This document shows, piece by piece, positions 11,528 to 25,320 of a stretch of 64,000 nt of DNA. A program made the position numbers and the translations under genes. Under the pieces are notes generated by a model, which was not told where the DNA came from, ran no database searches, and saw nothing but the letters and a program-made list of their open reading frames with translations. The stretch covers positions 127,286,001 to 127,350,000 of the forward strand of contig CM059428.1 of NCBI GenBank assembly GCA_030390025.1, in the 5' to 3' direction. This DNA comes from Squalus acanthias. Taxonomy: Eukaryota. How positions within the stretch are numbered: position 1 is the first letter of the stretch; every line of letters begins with the position of its first letter.

Positions 11528-14500
11528 TGGAATGAGTGTTTGCAATATTTCAGAATTAATGTTTAATACTGTATATATTCGAGCTGATTTTCCTTTGCCC
11601 TCCACCAGACGAAGTGCACTCAAAGCGTGCTCTGCTTGACCTAACCTGAATCCATCTATATTTGTGGGTTTAGGCCATGGCCCTAGGCCCAACATACACC
11701 AGGGCCAGGGCCAGGCCCACCCCTTGGCAGAACCATGCACCTGGAAACAGAAGCAGAAATCTAATCGCTGTGGCAGGCCTCTCAGGGTCAGTTCTGTATT
11801 ACGTTCATTAGCTCAAATTCTAGTTTATCAAGAATAAAATAGGCACTCCTGGTTTATAGGGGGAAAAATTCCTCCTTTTAACAGAAAGATGCCTATTTCT
11901 TTCCATAATTAGTAACCTGGTAAAGAAGTCGTGTTCTCAAAAATACTACACTTGAAATCTGTGTATAATCAAGCTTTAGTAAGCAGGTTGTTAAATATAG
12001 AAAAACAAACATTCTCCCCTTTTTTATTGTTGAAACAGAAGAGATTCACCACAAGACATTAAAGTAATAAAACGAGCAAATAGCAACTTAGTTACTACAA
12101 AAAAGATGCGACCTAGATAGTTGCAATGAATATAAGCTCTCTACCAGCTAATGTTTAACCTTCCAATATTGAGCTTCCTTTTTTATAAGGGTTGTATACA
12201 CTCTCATTATTCGTGAATTCATGATCTATTAACATATCACATTTTACGGCCACAGCAGAACTCCAGATTGCAGTATCGCTTATTTGATGTATTAATAAGT
12301 CAATTCTCAGGCAAAGGTAAAATTCTTTCACAAATTAATATTAAAAACTATTGAAATATAGCCCTGCTGTACATCATGTTTGAAATGCATTCCTAAAACA
12401 TGCTCATGCTTCTTCTGAATGATGCGTTGACAATCTGAACTAGGATATCAACTGAAAACAGATAAACCAGGAGAGAACATAAATAGCACCCAACCACAAC
12501 TGGGAAGGATGAAAAAGGGAATACATGGGGAAAAAAACTGTTAAAAAAAATGAAGGCCCCGAAACTTCCTTAAGCTGCTCCGAGCGCATAAGAATGGTGT
12601 GGTGGACCCTAAGCCCACTTGAGTTAGGAGGCACAGACCTCGTCCTCAACTACGGGGACAGAGTCATTAACATACGCCGGATGGGCACATTGAGTAAGAG
12701 TACTACAGTGGTGCTCGCCAATTAGCTGAGCAGCATGTGGGAGTGGCAGCATAGAGGAGGCCCAATGGAAAAGAAGGCATAGGCGTTGACGTAAGAAAAC
12801 TACTAGGCACTTGGTCTAAGCATTAAACAAAGCTTTAATCAACTGTTTTTCAACATGGAGATCTAGTTGTGTCCTTCACTAGTTCCTGTTGAGGAATGTC
12901 CTAAGCAAGCTGGGCCCATGCCCGAGTATTTATACTCTCCCTGGACAGCACCACCAGCAGGCCGCCCAGTATTACTTCATACATGAATGACAAGATTCAT
13001 GTCAGGAGTCTTCAGCTCCTCATGGAGTTAACGGGACATTCCCTCTGGGACCAATTACCTGTTGCAGCAACGATTGTGCTACCTTTCCCTGGGGCCCCAG
13101 CAGAACTCACACCAGCTCTCACCTGTCGTGATGTCCAATGAGGTCTTTAAATGGAATTCATAGGAAAGCCTGTAAACTCAACCAAGCACAGATTCTTCAA
13201 GTTGGGGGGGTGGAGCAGGCAGAAGATTTGCCCATTCCCCTCCCCCCACGCACACACACAGAAAAGGGCTCTCTAAAATATGGGGTAAACTCCCAGCAGA
13301 ACCAGGTTCGAGTCCATATTCTGGCCCGTTCAGGAGTTCCACCAGGAATGCTCCCTGGCCTTGATTGGAATTTGAAGTCCAAGATCATCCTGTTTTATTA
13401 AGATTGGCATCTAATATGTAATATGTAATTTAAAGTGCATACACGGCTGGCGATGTCGATCATGTCTCTCAACCTCATTTATACTTTACACCTTGTGACT
13501 TCAGATTTGGATTAACAGATCCCATTACACACTTAGGTTTAGCCTGTTTATTTGAATGGAACTCAAGAAAGACCAGAAACTACCTGACCTAATTTCCAGA
13601 AATATATTTGAATTTCAGCTTCCTACTTTGCAGCTTGTGATTGTAATAGTTTTCCATGTTTCTCGCAGAAAATCCTGAATTCAACCCGAATACCATAATT
13701 CAAGTGTGAATTAAAATAACATTTTTCTCACAAGCCGCTGAATATCACTATCCTTTGCCTTTTAGCATTATGCAAGTCCTTCTCAACTGTATTTTGTACC
13801 CTTAGGGATTGTAGCTTATTGTCTTTCAGATAATAAGGTTTGCAAGACATAGTCAAAAACAACTTGTGCATAATTTAGCAATTGCAAACCAGCTCTCAAA
13901 GCAATTACTCGAGTTTTGACAACCCATCTGCAATAATTTGTATAAGAACGCTAGCTCCCTCCATCATACCCAGCTCATCCCAAATGACCTTTAAAATTAG
14001 AAACTGTCATCAAGACCGGCACAATCAAAACAGCCACAGGTGCAATGGCAACATTTCTTATTGTACAAGTCTGGAGGGATTATTTTAGAAAAGCAACTGA
14101 CACTATTAATTTCATCGGTAACGGTTAATTTTCTAAATCCTGTAAGAGTTCTCATTTAGGTTTGGTCCTGTCGTATTTTTTTTTTAAACTGATAAAATAT
14201 ACATGACAACCTTGAAAACCAACTGACCAACAGCTGCAAAAAATAAACCGACGCAGTCCTTAAAAAGCTGGCAATTCAAGAATGGCCCCGATTATAAGCT
14301 TATGACGTGTTTAGTTATGTGGACTTTGTAATTTACCCAACATTTCTTCACTTGTATTGGAGGGAAAAAAATTACATAAGTACATGAAAGCTTGAAGGGA
14401 CAAAATTGATAGTGTATTTCTAGAGGGATCTGGGAAATTGAATATTTGCATTCTGGTTAATTTTAAGCACTTATATACTTTACAGTTGATAAATTTTTAA

Positions 14501-16123
14501 TCTAAAAGAAAGGAAAAACAAACTGCCATTTGGATTTTCAACAAGCCAACCAGACCATCACTTTCCCAAAAGTTATCTCGTCAGTCTCCAAAGACAAATT
14601 CCCCAATCCTACCCCAGCTCACTGAGGCACTCTACCCTCTCCAGACTAGGTCAAACTCAGGTGACGAGCCAAGGCCTGTGATGCAGGACACTACCCAGGT
14701 TGAAAAGAGAAGGAAAGAAGATGAGATCAATCAAGAAGTAGTGAAAAGTTTATGCCAAACTTGGATTTCAAAGCCTATAGCTTATGGAAGGAAAGGCTGC
14801 TGGAAGTAAGGCGTTAAGAGTTCCTGGGAATTGCATCTCCTGGTTGCAGCCTTACCTGCTCCTGCTGATATTTTTCACAATGTTGCGTGTATATCTAAAT
14901 GGAGAACATTGAGTAGATGATGTTTATTCATAAGCATCTCAATATCTTCTGTTTAATGCAGTTCAAACTGACTTGTATATTCTAGGGAGCAATTTCCAAC
15001 CGGAATTACTTGGGAGGGAGCAGAAATTTGGGCATAGTCCTACTCCGATGGAGATGCATTGGATTTTCATCCAGATGGATTCTCTGGTAGTGGGTGGGTG
15101 CTTCATCTGAATCCAGATTTGGGCATGCACCCCAGTGTCTGCTGTTCTGGTGTGCAGGATGTGATATGAAGAATGCCCACTGAGTGGTACAATTATGATC
15201 ACCGAGATGATGGATGAAAATTAAATATTTTCGTCTGGTTCTGACTTGCTGGCTGCTCATAGCCTATAAAAGGGACAATTATCATCTTCAGCCACAATAG
15301 CGGCAGGGCTGGACTTCTGTCTCCCTGCCTGCGATCATGACCCTGCCCATTTCCTTGCGTCATATTGAAGGTACGAGGGCCATTTATGGTACAAATGGGG
15401 TGTCCACCTCAGGTGTCAGGGAGGGAAATTGTTGAACTGGTTTGCCACACGTTGCGTGGTCACCACTGCTACCTGAAGATTAAGAACAATTAAATTCTGC
15501 AATCAATTACTCTAATTAAAGTCGCCCTTTAGAATTGAATCCTCCCCTCCCCTAAAGCCTATAACAATGCTGGACATCAGGAACACACCAGCATTCCTTG
15601 TGCCCAGCGCTGCTAACAAGCACCCAGCCAGCATACTTGCTCTTTTCACAAGAGCAAAACTTAGAAGTAATTAGTTAAGTGTCACACATCAGAAATTTGA
15701 ATTTGGAGCAGGAACCTATGTTAGTATAATTTTAAAAACATATAGAAATAGACCAGTGGACTGAGAAAGACATCCCTTTCAATGTAGCTAAACAAAATCA
15801 TTTTGACATCATTCCTTAACAACATCATCAGTTGATGTTTGAAGCATCTTAATGAAGTACTCCTGCAGCAGAGGTGACACAGCTGTATAAGGATGCAGGG
15901 AGCTGGAAGGAAATGACATGGTCAGAATCCACTGCAGGTAGAAGCCAATAACGAAGCATAACAACTCCCACTGGGATGCTGAACAGTTTATAGACCAGCT
16001 AGACAAGTACCTCATCTTCTGTAATTAGAGGTAGTCAGGAAACATCTGCTTATCGTCCATTGCACAGATTGAGTTTTGGCACTTTGCAGTACTAGTTATA
16101 TAGGTACCCACAACAAAACCTTC

Positions 16124-17797
16124 GGCCGGGATTTTACTAACCTCAGCGGGTCCGTGGCGGGCGACATTGGTGGCAGGGTCCCGACCCCGCTGCTGGCTCC
16201 ATCCCACTGTGTAGAATGACTTCCCCTTGATGGGGTTTGTTAAGCCCGCCCAGCACGTTTCCCAGACAATTAGAGGAAGCGGGTCTGGTGGCATCATTTG
16301 ATGACACGTCATCAGCCGGTTTTCTTAAAGGGGCCATAGCCAACTTTAATTTGACATTTGTGCTGTCAGTGTTCTACAGCATTGAAGTGCTGCAAACACT
16401 GACAAGCACCACACAGAGGTGCAGGGCTGCACCCAAGCTCTCCCATGACTCCCTCTATATGCTTATGGAGGGAGTCACAGCACGCAGGGAGGTCCTCTTC
16501 CCTTCCCATGGGCGGAAGAGACCTCCCTCGGAGATCAACACAGCCTGGTTGCACATTGCAGAGGAGGTCACCAGCGGGGAAGTGGTCAGGAGGACTTGGG
16601 TGCAGTGCCACAAACGTTTCAATGATCTCAGTAGATCATGAAACGTTAGTAAAAAGCCACACTCAACCTCATCCTGCTGTGCCTCTCATCACATCCCCAT
16701 CACTCTGCCTTCCTTACCCTACTCCTGCACATCCTTCTCACACCAACTTACCTTGCACCTCCACCCATCCCTCTTTATCTATATTTTCACTTCCCTATCT
16801 CACTAGCCACCCCTCACACTCACCCTCATCCTAGTGCAATCATACCAACTAACAACACACAAGGGTAGGCACTTGGGTGTTTTATGCAATGTTCATGCAA
16901 AGTTTCTGTTAATGTGGTGTCAAACATTTAAATCTTTATTTTCAACACTTTGCGTTCCTGGACAGATTTGTGTGCACCTTTGGAAGTGGCTTAGTGAGTT
17001 GCAGTGAATGGTGAGACATAATGGTACCCCCCGAAATGGTCATGAGTGTGAAAGGAATGGCTTGGGCATTGTAGGGATGCTTTATGGTGTTGGTGTGGGG
17101 TGGTGCTAACCTGGCGCATCATTTGGCAGCCAGGGTGTACAGCGTCAAGTGAAGTAAATCTGGCCATGGTGAGGCCAACCCTGGTGTGCCTGGTGCTGCT
17201 GGTGTTGGGGCTGATCGTGGTCAGATTCTAAGGACCAAAGTGAGAGAGTATAAAGAGCGCCCATGCTGATGGAATAGGTGGCAAGTGAAGTAGAGATGAC
17301 AGAAGTGATCTGTCAATGGTGGGAGAGGTAATGAGGTCAGACTGGATGGAGACTTGTGTAAAGACTAGCAACATGGTGAATCTGCTGTGGAAATGCAGTG
17401 AGGAAGAGCTTGTGGCTGAGGGAAGATATCTCTGTAAGGTGGGAGCTTTTACTGTACATTTGAAGCTGTCAACTCAACAGCTAATTCAATGGCCACTGAA
17501 CTCCCGCCTCAGCTTGACAGACATGGTCCACGACCAGCGTGGACCCTGTGGGCAAGCTGTCAAATGCAGAAGGTGAACTGAAATTCATTTTTAAGTGGCT
17601 CTAAACAATCCACTAATTACCTGAATTGGGCCCCCCTGCTGTGAACCCACCGCTGTGTGTCGGGTCTGCTTAGTGCTAACAGACCCGACATCGGGGAACG
17701 GCGCATGGCAGCGGGTTCTCAGTGAAGTCCTGACCCGCTGGGGGAAAAAAATCACTTTCCCACCCGAACCCTCCGCCCCCCCCAGAAAATCCAGCCC
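16124..17797. mobile_element. Harbinger internal-deletion derivative (orientation opposite to copy 1)
   Basis: TIRs GGCCGGGATTTT / AAAATCCAGCCC. Retains Myb exon 1 (+, ~16400-16640), part of intron 1, the intergenic 3'UTR region and only the extreme N- and C-terminal codons of the transposase (~17155-17265, -). Confidence 0.88.
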
Positions 17798-17999
17798 TTT
17801 GTCTCTCTGTGAGTGTCCAAACTATTCCCTGTGGGTTGTATGTCGCCCACAGGTCCTGGCAACCCAGCCCATGAAGCCCAAGTAACTAATTTCTATTTGC
17901 TCTTCTAGCACCAGGACCACTGTTCTTAGGGTGTTATGCATGCTGGTGGTGCATTCTACGGACTTTGTGCTATAATGCAAGGTCAGCTCATTGTAATAA

Positions 18000-18898
18000 A
18001 TATACGCCACTCCCAGGCTCATGATGTGCTGGGAATGCCACAGGATCAGGTGGCTCATTATCAGGCATCAACACCGCTCAGAGGGCTGCTGGCTACCCTG
18101 TAACATTGCTGGACTACACATGGTTGATAAGGTAAATACGCTAACACATGGCACAATCACCTTACAGCGCACTTTAAACTTGGTGCACATGCACAGAGGG
18201 AGAATGCAAAGCAGTTTGTGCATCTGTCTAAATACACAGGAATGTGCATTTTTGCCCCAAAAATCCACAGGACACAATTCCAGCAGTTATGCTGAAATTA
18301 CCCTCGCCAATGACCTCCAACACTGTACCCACAGGAGGCCAGCAGATGCCTGCACTACTACATGTACAGCTTCTGCACCCCCTATCCATACGGCTGGAAC
18401 TCCAGCACCAGCCCACTACTGGGGTTGAGGGTTACCTAGGCTACACCCTCCCCCCCCCTCAAGAGCCCAGCCATGTTCCCTTCAGTCCCCTGTAGAAGAG
18501 GTTCCATGCAGTAATAATTTTTTTAAATCTTGCCCTTTCTTCGGGAGTCCAGGTCACTCCACTTGCTTTGAATCCTCCCCCCTTGGCCCCCCGCCCCAGG
18601 TGGAGCCCACTTATACCCATTGGTAGGCTGGTACGCCTCATCTCACCAACATTGGGTCGCAACTGAATCGGAGAACGGGGAACTCCAGTTGTAAAGTGTT
18701 CCCACCTTTGGCTTTGCTCCCAGGGCTGCCCCTTGGCATCATTTGCCTTGCAAGGGACAGACCTTATGACTGGCTGTAAAATCCTGGAAACGGCGGAGAC
18801 CTGGCGCATCTGAGTCCCTGCCATTGTCCAGTTGATTCCTCCAGACTCCCGCTGAAGTTACGATGGGACTCCAGGAGTACACCTGCGGATTTCCAGGG
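18000..18898. mobile_element. Degraded non-autonomous DNA element
   Basis: Right end GATTTCCAGGGCC resembles other MITE termini in the window; left end not defined. Confidence 0.45.
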
Positions 18899-19192
18899 CC
18901 ATTGTTTCAGAACACTGTACAATGTTGCCATATCAAAACATGTAGCCCATTACATATAGCAAGCAACAAGCACCTAGTACACTTCCAGCACAAGAAGCTA
19001 GAATGGCTTTAGATACAGAATGTTGACAGAATATAATTTTATCTATATGTTTTCAGGAGCTTTTTAGCTTCTAAATAAGTTATGAAAACTCTGCAACAAC
19101 CCACAATACCAAAGCAGATTATGGCCAATTTCTCTATCTTTACAGTGGCTCAGCACTCCCTCTGCTGGTCTTTATTTATATTAGACACAGCA

Positions 19193-19895
19193 GGGTAGAG
19201 TTTTCGTCCAAAATTGCAGTCGTTTTGAGAAGCGTTTTTTTAAGTTTCCGCTCAAACTCATTTGCATATCGTCGACCGTAAAATCTGCCACGAACCAGCG
19301 CAATCGGGCGGCGTTTTAGAATGGTTTTTTTTAAGTGTTTTGCTTTAAAAAATATTCCTTGATATATTTAAGAGTGGCAACTTGGTGCAGTTTGATTAAT
19401 ACAGCTGAAAATGGGTTTATCATGAAAAATAAACATTTTTAATCAGAGTTTTTGGTCCACCACCTGAGTAAGCGTGATTTTAAATAACTGAAAATGACTT
19501 TAAGAAACTATACAGAATCATTTGCTAATTATATTGGTGTACAGTAGTCAGTTTCTGAGCACATTAAAAAAAATTATATTCAAAAGCTTTCAAAACGTGC
19601 CCATTAGTGTCCTTGCGTCTTTAAACAAAGCTTAATTTTTAGAGCCTCCTCAAAGGCCCGCAAACAAGTGCAATTAGTAGAAACTCACAATGGTGATTAA
19701 TTCGATCTGGGGTGTGGCCAGTTTTGTGGGCGGGGCCAGCTCCTAGCGCAGTGTTTTTTAAACTAGCGCAGAAGATCCCGGAAACTCGATTTGCTCTGAC
19801 GTCATTTGGTCTTAAAATTCCGTGATCTTTTGCGCTGTTTTGGCCAATTTTGGCCGAATTGTGCAATGTGCTTCTCCTTGGTGCAAATTTGCCTA
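19193..19895. mobile_element. Probable MITE-like element
   Basis: CpG-rich ends around an AT-rich core, starting GGGTAGAGTTTT; TIR match is poor. Confidence 0.45.
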
Positions 19896-20449
19896 ATCTC
19901 ACAGGATTTTTACCACAGGCTTTTCAACTGTCCTATGTAATTTTATAATACATAAGTTTACAATATTTAATACTACCAGCTACAATGAAGACATCATTTG
20001 GAAAATGATAACTTGTTATCAATCTGCAGGTGATCTGACTTTCTATGTGTAAAATCACTTCATCTGCCACCACTTTATACTAAGGGGGCAAGCAAGCCCT
20101 CATTATTCTTTGAAAAATATATACTTTTCAATTTTAATAATGTTGAGTATTATAAACAACCCGGAGGATAAATCATGAGAAAAGGAAACATCTTTGGTCA
20201 TAGGGTTGTCTGAAATATGAAAACTTCAGAACTTGTACTTTTATTACTCTCAGCACATTCCTGCTCTGTATTAACTATAGTTAAATATGTACTAACTCCC
20301 GAATCAACATGAAATATTAATTCTTAGATTAATCCTTTTTTATTGTCTTTCTGTCTGCTACTCCATCCAAAGTTACGTTTTTTGAATTATTTATTTACGC
20401 TGATATGCTTTAATTGATCATATTACAAACTTGAAGTCATCAGTTGTGT

Positions 20450-20790
20450 CTCCCCAATTTTTTCCCGTTTTTCCTGAAAGTGGGGACTCATACTGAGGTA
20501 TAACTCCAGTACCTTATGCAATGAGTGCTCTTTGTATATGAACCTATATTGTGAACAATTGTAGGCTATTCAACTGTAAGGTGCATCACAGCCGAGCCCG
20601 ATCCACACTCGCCCATTTTCTAACGGTGGTCACCGGATAACAGTCAGGACTGGAAACCCAAGCTGATATTTTTTCCTTCCTCGTCCTATGGGTGCTGAGT
20701 CTAATTACAACGCCTTTAACTCTGTTCTGGCTGAGATCAGATCACTCAATTCAGCCCAGAGATTGAACATGCTCCGTATAATGTGCATTT
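20450..20790 (-). mobile_element. Old SINE (family B)
   Basis: Shares blocks with 32950-33190 (-) and 59270-59560 (+); tRNA-like head remnant at the right end. Confidence 0.55.
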
Positions 20791-21274
20791 ATCCACAGTC
20801 ATTGGGGAGTCTAGTATCCCATGGTAGCGCCAATCTTTCTGTTGCTTCATTTCAACAATATTACATACTTTAATTTTAGAAAAACCACAATCAATCATTT
20901 AACAGCAAACCTCAATAATCCTCCATAATGGAGCGAGCCCTCTCCCCAGCGTATAATAGAAACTGATAGATAACGGAATCTTCAAATTATTTCACACTGC
21001 TGACTGCTCTGCCTCTCCAATATTACTCCAGCCTGCAGCGATCAGAGGGACAATCAGCTGGCCTGCTGACTCGCAGCTCTCCTCGCACCCACTTGTGACT
21101 CCGGTTGCAGGATCCGGGAGTAACCCAAGAGAGTTGACCAAAAGCACTCTGCTGATATCACCCAGCCCCCAGAATGAACACTAAAACGAACTCGCTCGCC
21201 TCCAATAGTCTCCGTGGTGCTAGTTTCAGCGGAGTTTCCAATTTTAAAATCATTACATAAGCTGCCTATTTCAA

Positions 21275-21362
21275 AAATGAGAAGTCGCACAACACCAGGT
21301 TATAGTCCAACAGTTTTATTTGAAATTACGAGCTTTCAGAGCGCTGCTCCTTCGTCAGGTAA
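21275..21362 (-). mobile_element. Penelope-like pseudo-LTR fragment
   Basis: CACAACACCAGGTTATAGTCCAACAG...AGCTTTCAGAGCGCTGCTCCTTCGTCAGG resembles recalled Penelope-type ends and carries a hammerhead motif. Confidence 0.65.
21326..21362 (-). ncRNA. Minimal type I hammerhead ribozyme motif
   Basis: The minus strand reads UUAC-CUGACGA-A-GGAGC-AGC-GCUCU-GAAA-GC-UC-GUAA: conserved core, stem I UUAC/GUAA and stem II GGAGC/GCUCU. Confidence 0.65.
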
Positions 21363-23867
21363 AGTGAGGGAATACAAATCAGTTACAAAGCATATATAGA
21401 CATCCGCATCATGGTGCCTATTTCAAGGCAGCACTTCTTGAAAATTCTCGCGAATAATGGGAGGATGGATAATCGAGGTTCTGTTGTATTACTGTCACTT
21501 GTGTTTTGCAGGAACATGTGTGCAGATCACTTTATCTGTTTGATGTTGTTAGCAGAAACATGATATGAACTTTTCCGATTGATTCCTGTCCCTCCTGGAT
21601 TGGCAATTCTCTGTCCACCAAACTGTCATGATACTGATATTTCAAAATCATGCTGCAATTTTGAGATATTGGAGAGATTGTTTTAGGGTTGTCAGATATA
21701 TATTAACACTTCACCATTCTCAAAAGCATTCCTCTCGGTTCCCACTCTGCTGAAATCTCAGCTGAATCAATAAATTGAACTATATCCCCATCTAGTGAAC
21801 ACTTTAAGCAATGCAGAGGAGTTTTTTTGTTCCAAACTCTGTGAAGAGAGAAACAGTTAACGTTTCAGGTCGATGACCTTTTGTCAGTAGGTTAGTCCAG
21901 CGTGTATAGTAATTTGTTCAAATCTGTTAACAATTGTGTATTTTAGCAAAACTCTAAATAAACAGAAGATTTTGTGTTTGTATGTTACTACAATAAAAGA
22001 AAAATTGAATATTGAGTTGTAATGAGCTACATGTAACACAATAGAGGTTCAGATGGTTCAGATGGCATCATAATTCATGACAACAAAATTCAAGTTGTGC
22101 TACAACTAAACTGGCTATTGTTTTCCACAACAAATACAACTTTCCAGTTTACAGTTTCGATTATTTTTTTCCTGTTATCATTGCAAAGTTATGTCATTTA
22201 GATTCATAATTTCCTCCACAACCACCATTCTACCTGCCAATTGTAGGATAGTGTTATATGACTGAAAGAGAAGATGAGATGATGAGGGTTGGTTGCTCTA
22301 TGTTAACTGATTTTTTGCTGTTCTCTATACTGTAATAAACTATTATTGCATGTTGTTTATATTGTAATTAAGGAAAAATATCTGGTGTAAAATGGAGTTG
22401 TTCCAAAGGGTAGTAGAAATCTGGAATTCTCTCCCTCTCCTTTGAAGCTATTGGTCAGATTTGCCAGCTTTCTAGAAAACATTCAGTAGAATGGACAGTT
22501 TCATGTTATTACATGGATCCTTCAAGACCAAATCCAATGTTGCCCCTCTCCTTGAATTTGATAGTTATATGTTAGGCTTCATAAACTCCAATAAGAAAAG
22601 AAAAAAATTGGATTTATACGGTGCCTCATCATGTCCACAGGATTGATTTTGAAGTGTTATGTAGGCAAATGTAGGGAATCAACTTGTGCAAAGCAAGGTC
22701 CCACAAATATTAAATCAATGAATCACCACGTCATTTGTTTATGGTGATGTTGGTTGAGGGCATACTTTGTTGAAAAAAACTCTTAAAACAAAAACAACTT
22801 TAAAAAAAAGCTTTCCTGTAGCTTTCAATAAAAAGATGAAACACTAACAACACAGAAACATTTCTGTCTTTAATCCATCAATGCATAATATGTCTCCTTA
22901 GACTGCTGGTTAGTCTTCCATGGATTGCTAAGAAGGTGCTATCCTAATTAATTTTCACAGCATCTGTTAGCCGGTTACATGTTGATACACCTGCATGCCT
23001 TCAGGAAACTTACCAATTGTTCTGCTGTATTGGTTTCCATTTAACAGCACCATTTCCATTTTCGGAATAATATATTACAACCTGTTACACAGGATGTAGA
23101 TTCTAATTTGAGTTTCTGGTTAGATCTGTACTTCCTACAATCTGTATAAGGTTGTGAGAATCAAGCCCTTTTTTACATTGATTTAGAACCAATCAATTTG
23201 GCATTAATGATGGTTCAGATGGTGTTAACACCGAGTTACATTTTCTTGCATGGGTTTAATTCAGTAGAAAATACTTAGCACCATTGGATTGGTTGCAATT
23301 ATCACTAATTATTATAATTATAGGGATGCTAAGTCAAAGTTGACATTTACTGAAGGCGCAGGAGACATTGGCCTAGCTGAAGGCAAACGATATTTAAATA
23401 GCATTGTGACATTAGACATCCTATTTTCCATTTTTTTGTCTCTGCTGTCGCAATGCCAAAGACGCCAGTATAAAATAAGTGTCCACTATCATGAGGAACC
23501 AACATAAAGTCGGAAGTGAATTTAAAGGGTTCAAACAGGTACTGGCAAAAATGCTAAAAAAAAACTTTCACTTGTGGACCACTTCCCTTACTTTTTTTTT
23601 TCTCCTACGCACTCTACTTGAACATGTGCTGCCTATTGCTGTGCAGCTGCCATATTGCCCTCTCGCCCGTTCAAGTATACAATTTCCTTTGGGAACAATC
23701 CTCTGTCGAGGATTAGACCATAGAGGATTAGAGCATAGGAGGAGACTATTTGGCCCATTGAACAAATGAACACGAAGAGGATGAGGAAGAAAAATGGAGC
23801 GGGGCCAAGCTGTTCAGGCACCAGTGGAGGCACAAGGCATGCAACCAGCAGAATATACATATTACAT

Positions 23868-23976
23868 TCCTACAGTACAACAGTGACTACATTTCAGAAA
23901 AGTACTTCACTGGCTGTAAAGCGCTTTGGGACGTCCGGTGGTCATGAAAGGCGCTATATAAATGCAAGTCTTTCTT
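23868..23976 (+). mobile_element. Deu-SINE 3' tail fragment
   Basis: Matches the 3' end of the 48624-49052 SINE (GGCGCTATATAAATGCAAGTCTTTC). Confidence 0.75.
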
Positions 23977-24404
23977 AAGACACTCCTACCTCCACTAGGC
24001 CCAGGAGTATTGCTTGTAGAGGCTGCATTTCAAAAGGAAAGCCACTACCTTCAACAGTGGCCGTAGTTGTAAAGGTTACTACTGCCTTGAATTTTTATGC
24101 TACAAGCTCATTTCAATCTGACTCTGGGGCATCAATAACATTAGTTAATCAGCTGTTCATAGATGCATCAGGCAAGTCATAGATGCATTGTTTGCTAGAG
24201 CTAGCCAGCTTCCCCATGGACACCTGCCACCAGCATGACAAGTGTCACGTTGGTTGTAGGATTCCCCAAATTACAGAGTCATAGATTGCACTCACATGGC
24301 CATACATGCCCCCATCATCAATCCCATCACTTCTACAACAGGAAAGGATTCCACTCGCTGAATGACCAGCTTGCTTGTGACAAACGGTAACATAGAAACA
24401 ATAG

Positions 24405-24897
24405 TAGTTCCACACTTTAGGAAGATGTCAAGGCCTTGGAGAGGGTACAGTGGAGGTTTACCAGGATGATACCAGGGATGAAGGATTTCAGTTATGTGGA
24501 GAGATTGGAGAATCTGGGATTGTTCCCTTTAGAGGTTATGAGGAGACCTATTGGGGTATTCAAAATTATGAGGGGTTTTGAAAGAGCGAGTAGAGCCAGT
24601 AACCAGAGGTCATAGATTTAAAATAATTGGCAAAAGAATTAGAGGGGAAATTAGGAGAATTTCTTTCACACAGAGGGTTGTTAAGATCTGGAATACGCTA
24701 TCTGTAAGGGTGGTGGAATCAGATTCCATAGCAACTTTCAAAAGGCAATTGGACATGTACTCGAAGAGGACACATTTTCAGGGTTATGGGAAAAAAGCTG
24801 GGGTGTGGGACTAAATTGGACAGTTCTTTCAAAGAGCCGGCACTGGCACACAGGCTGAATGCCCTCCTTCTGGGCTGTAAAATTCTATGATTCTATG
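24405..24897 (+). mobile_element. CR1 LINE 3' fragment
   Basis: FRKMSRPWRG-like RT C-terminus, RRISFTQRVVKIWN, and an (ATTCTATG)n tail. Confidence 0.85.
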
Positions 24898-25320
24898 AGT
24901 AGGCCATTCAGCCCCTTGAGCCTGCTCCACCATTCAATGGCTGATCTGTATCCTAACTCCATTTGCCCGCCTTGGCTCCATATCCCTTAATACAATTGGC
25001 TAGCAAAAATGTATTGATCTCAGATTCAAAATTATTAATTGAGCTAGCATCTTATTGCTTTTTGTGGAAGAGAGTTCCACACTTCTACCACTCTTTGCAT
25101 GAAGAAGTGTTTCCTAACTTCTCTTCTGAATGGCCCGGCTCCAATTTTAAGGTGATGTTCCCTTGTCCTAGACTCCCCCACCAGCAGAAACAGTTTCTCT
25201 CTATCTACCCTATCAATTCCTTTCAAAATCCTAAAAACCTCAATCAAATCACCCCTTAACCTTCTATATTCCAGGGCGTAGAAGCCTAGTGTATGTAATC
25301 TCTCCTCATAATTTAACCCT
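24898..25320 (-). mobile_element. CR1 LINE 3' fragment, tail-to-tail with the previous one
   Basis: ORF 25044-25247 MIEVFRILKGIDRV...RKHFFMQRVVEVWNSLP. Confidence 0.85.

Noticed and set aside
15809-16015. 68-aa minus-strand ORF
   Set aside because: No recognisable similarity or supporting gene structure.
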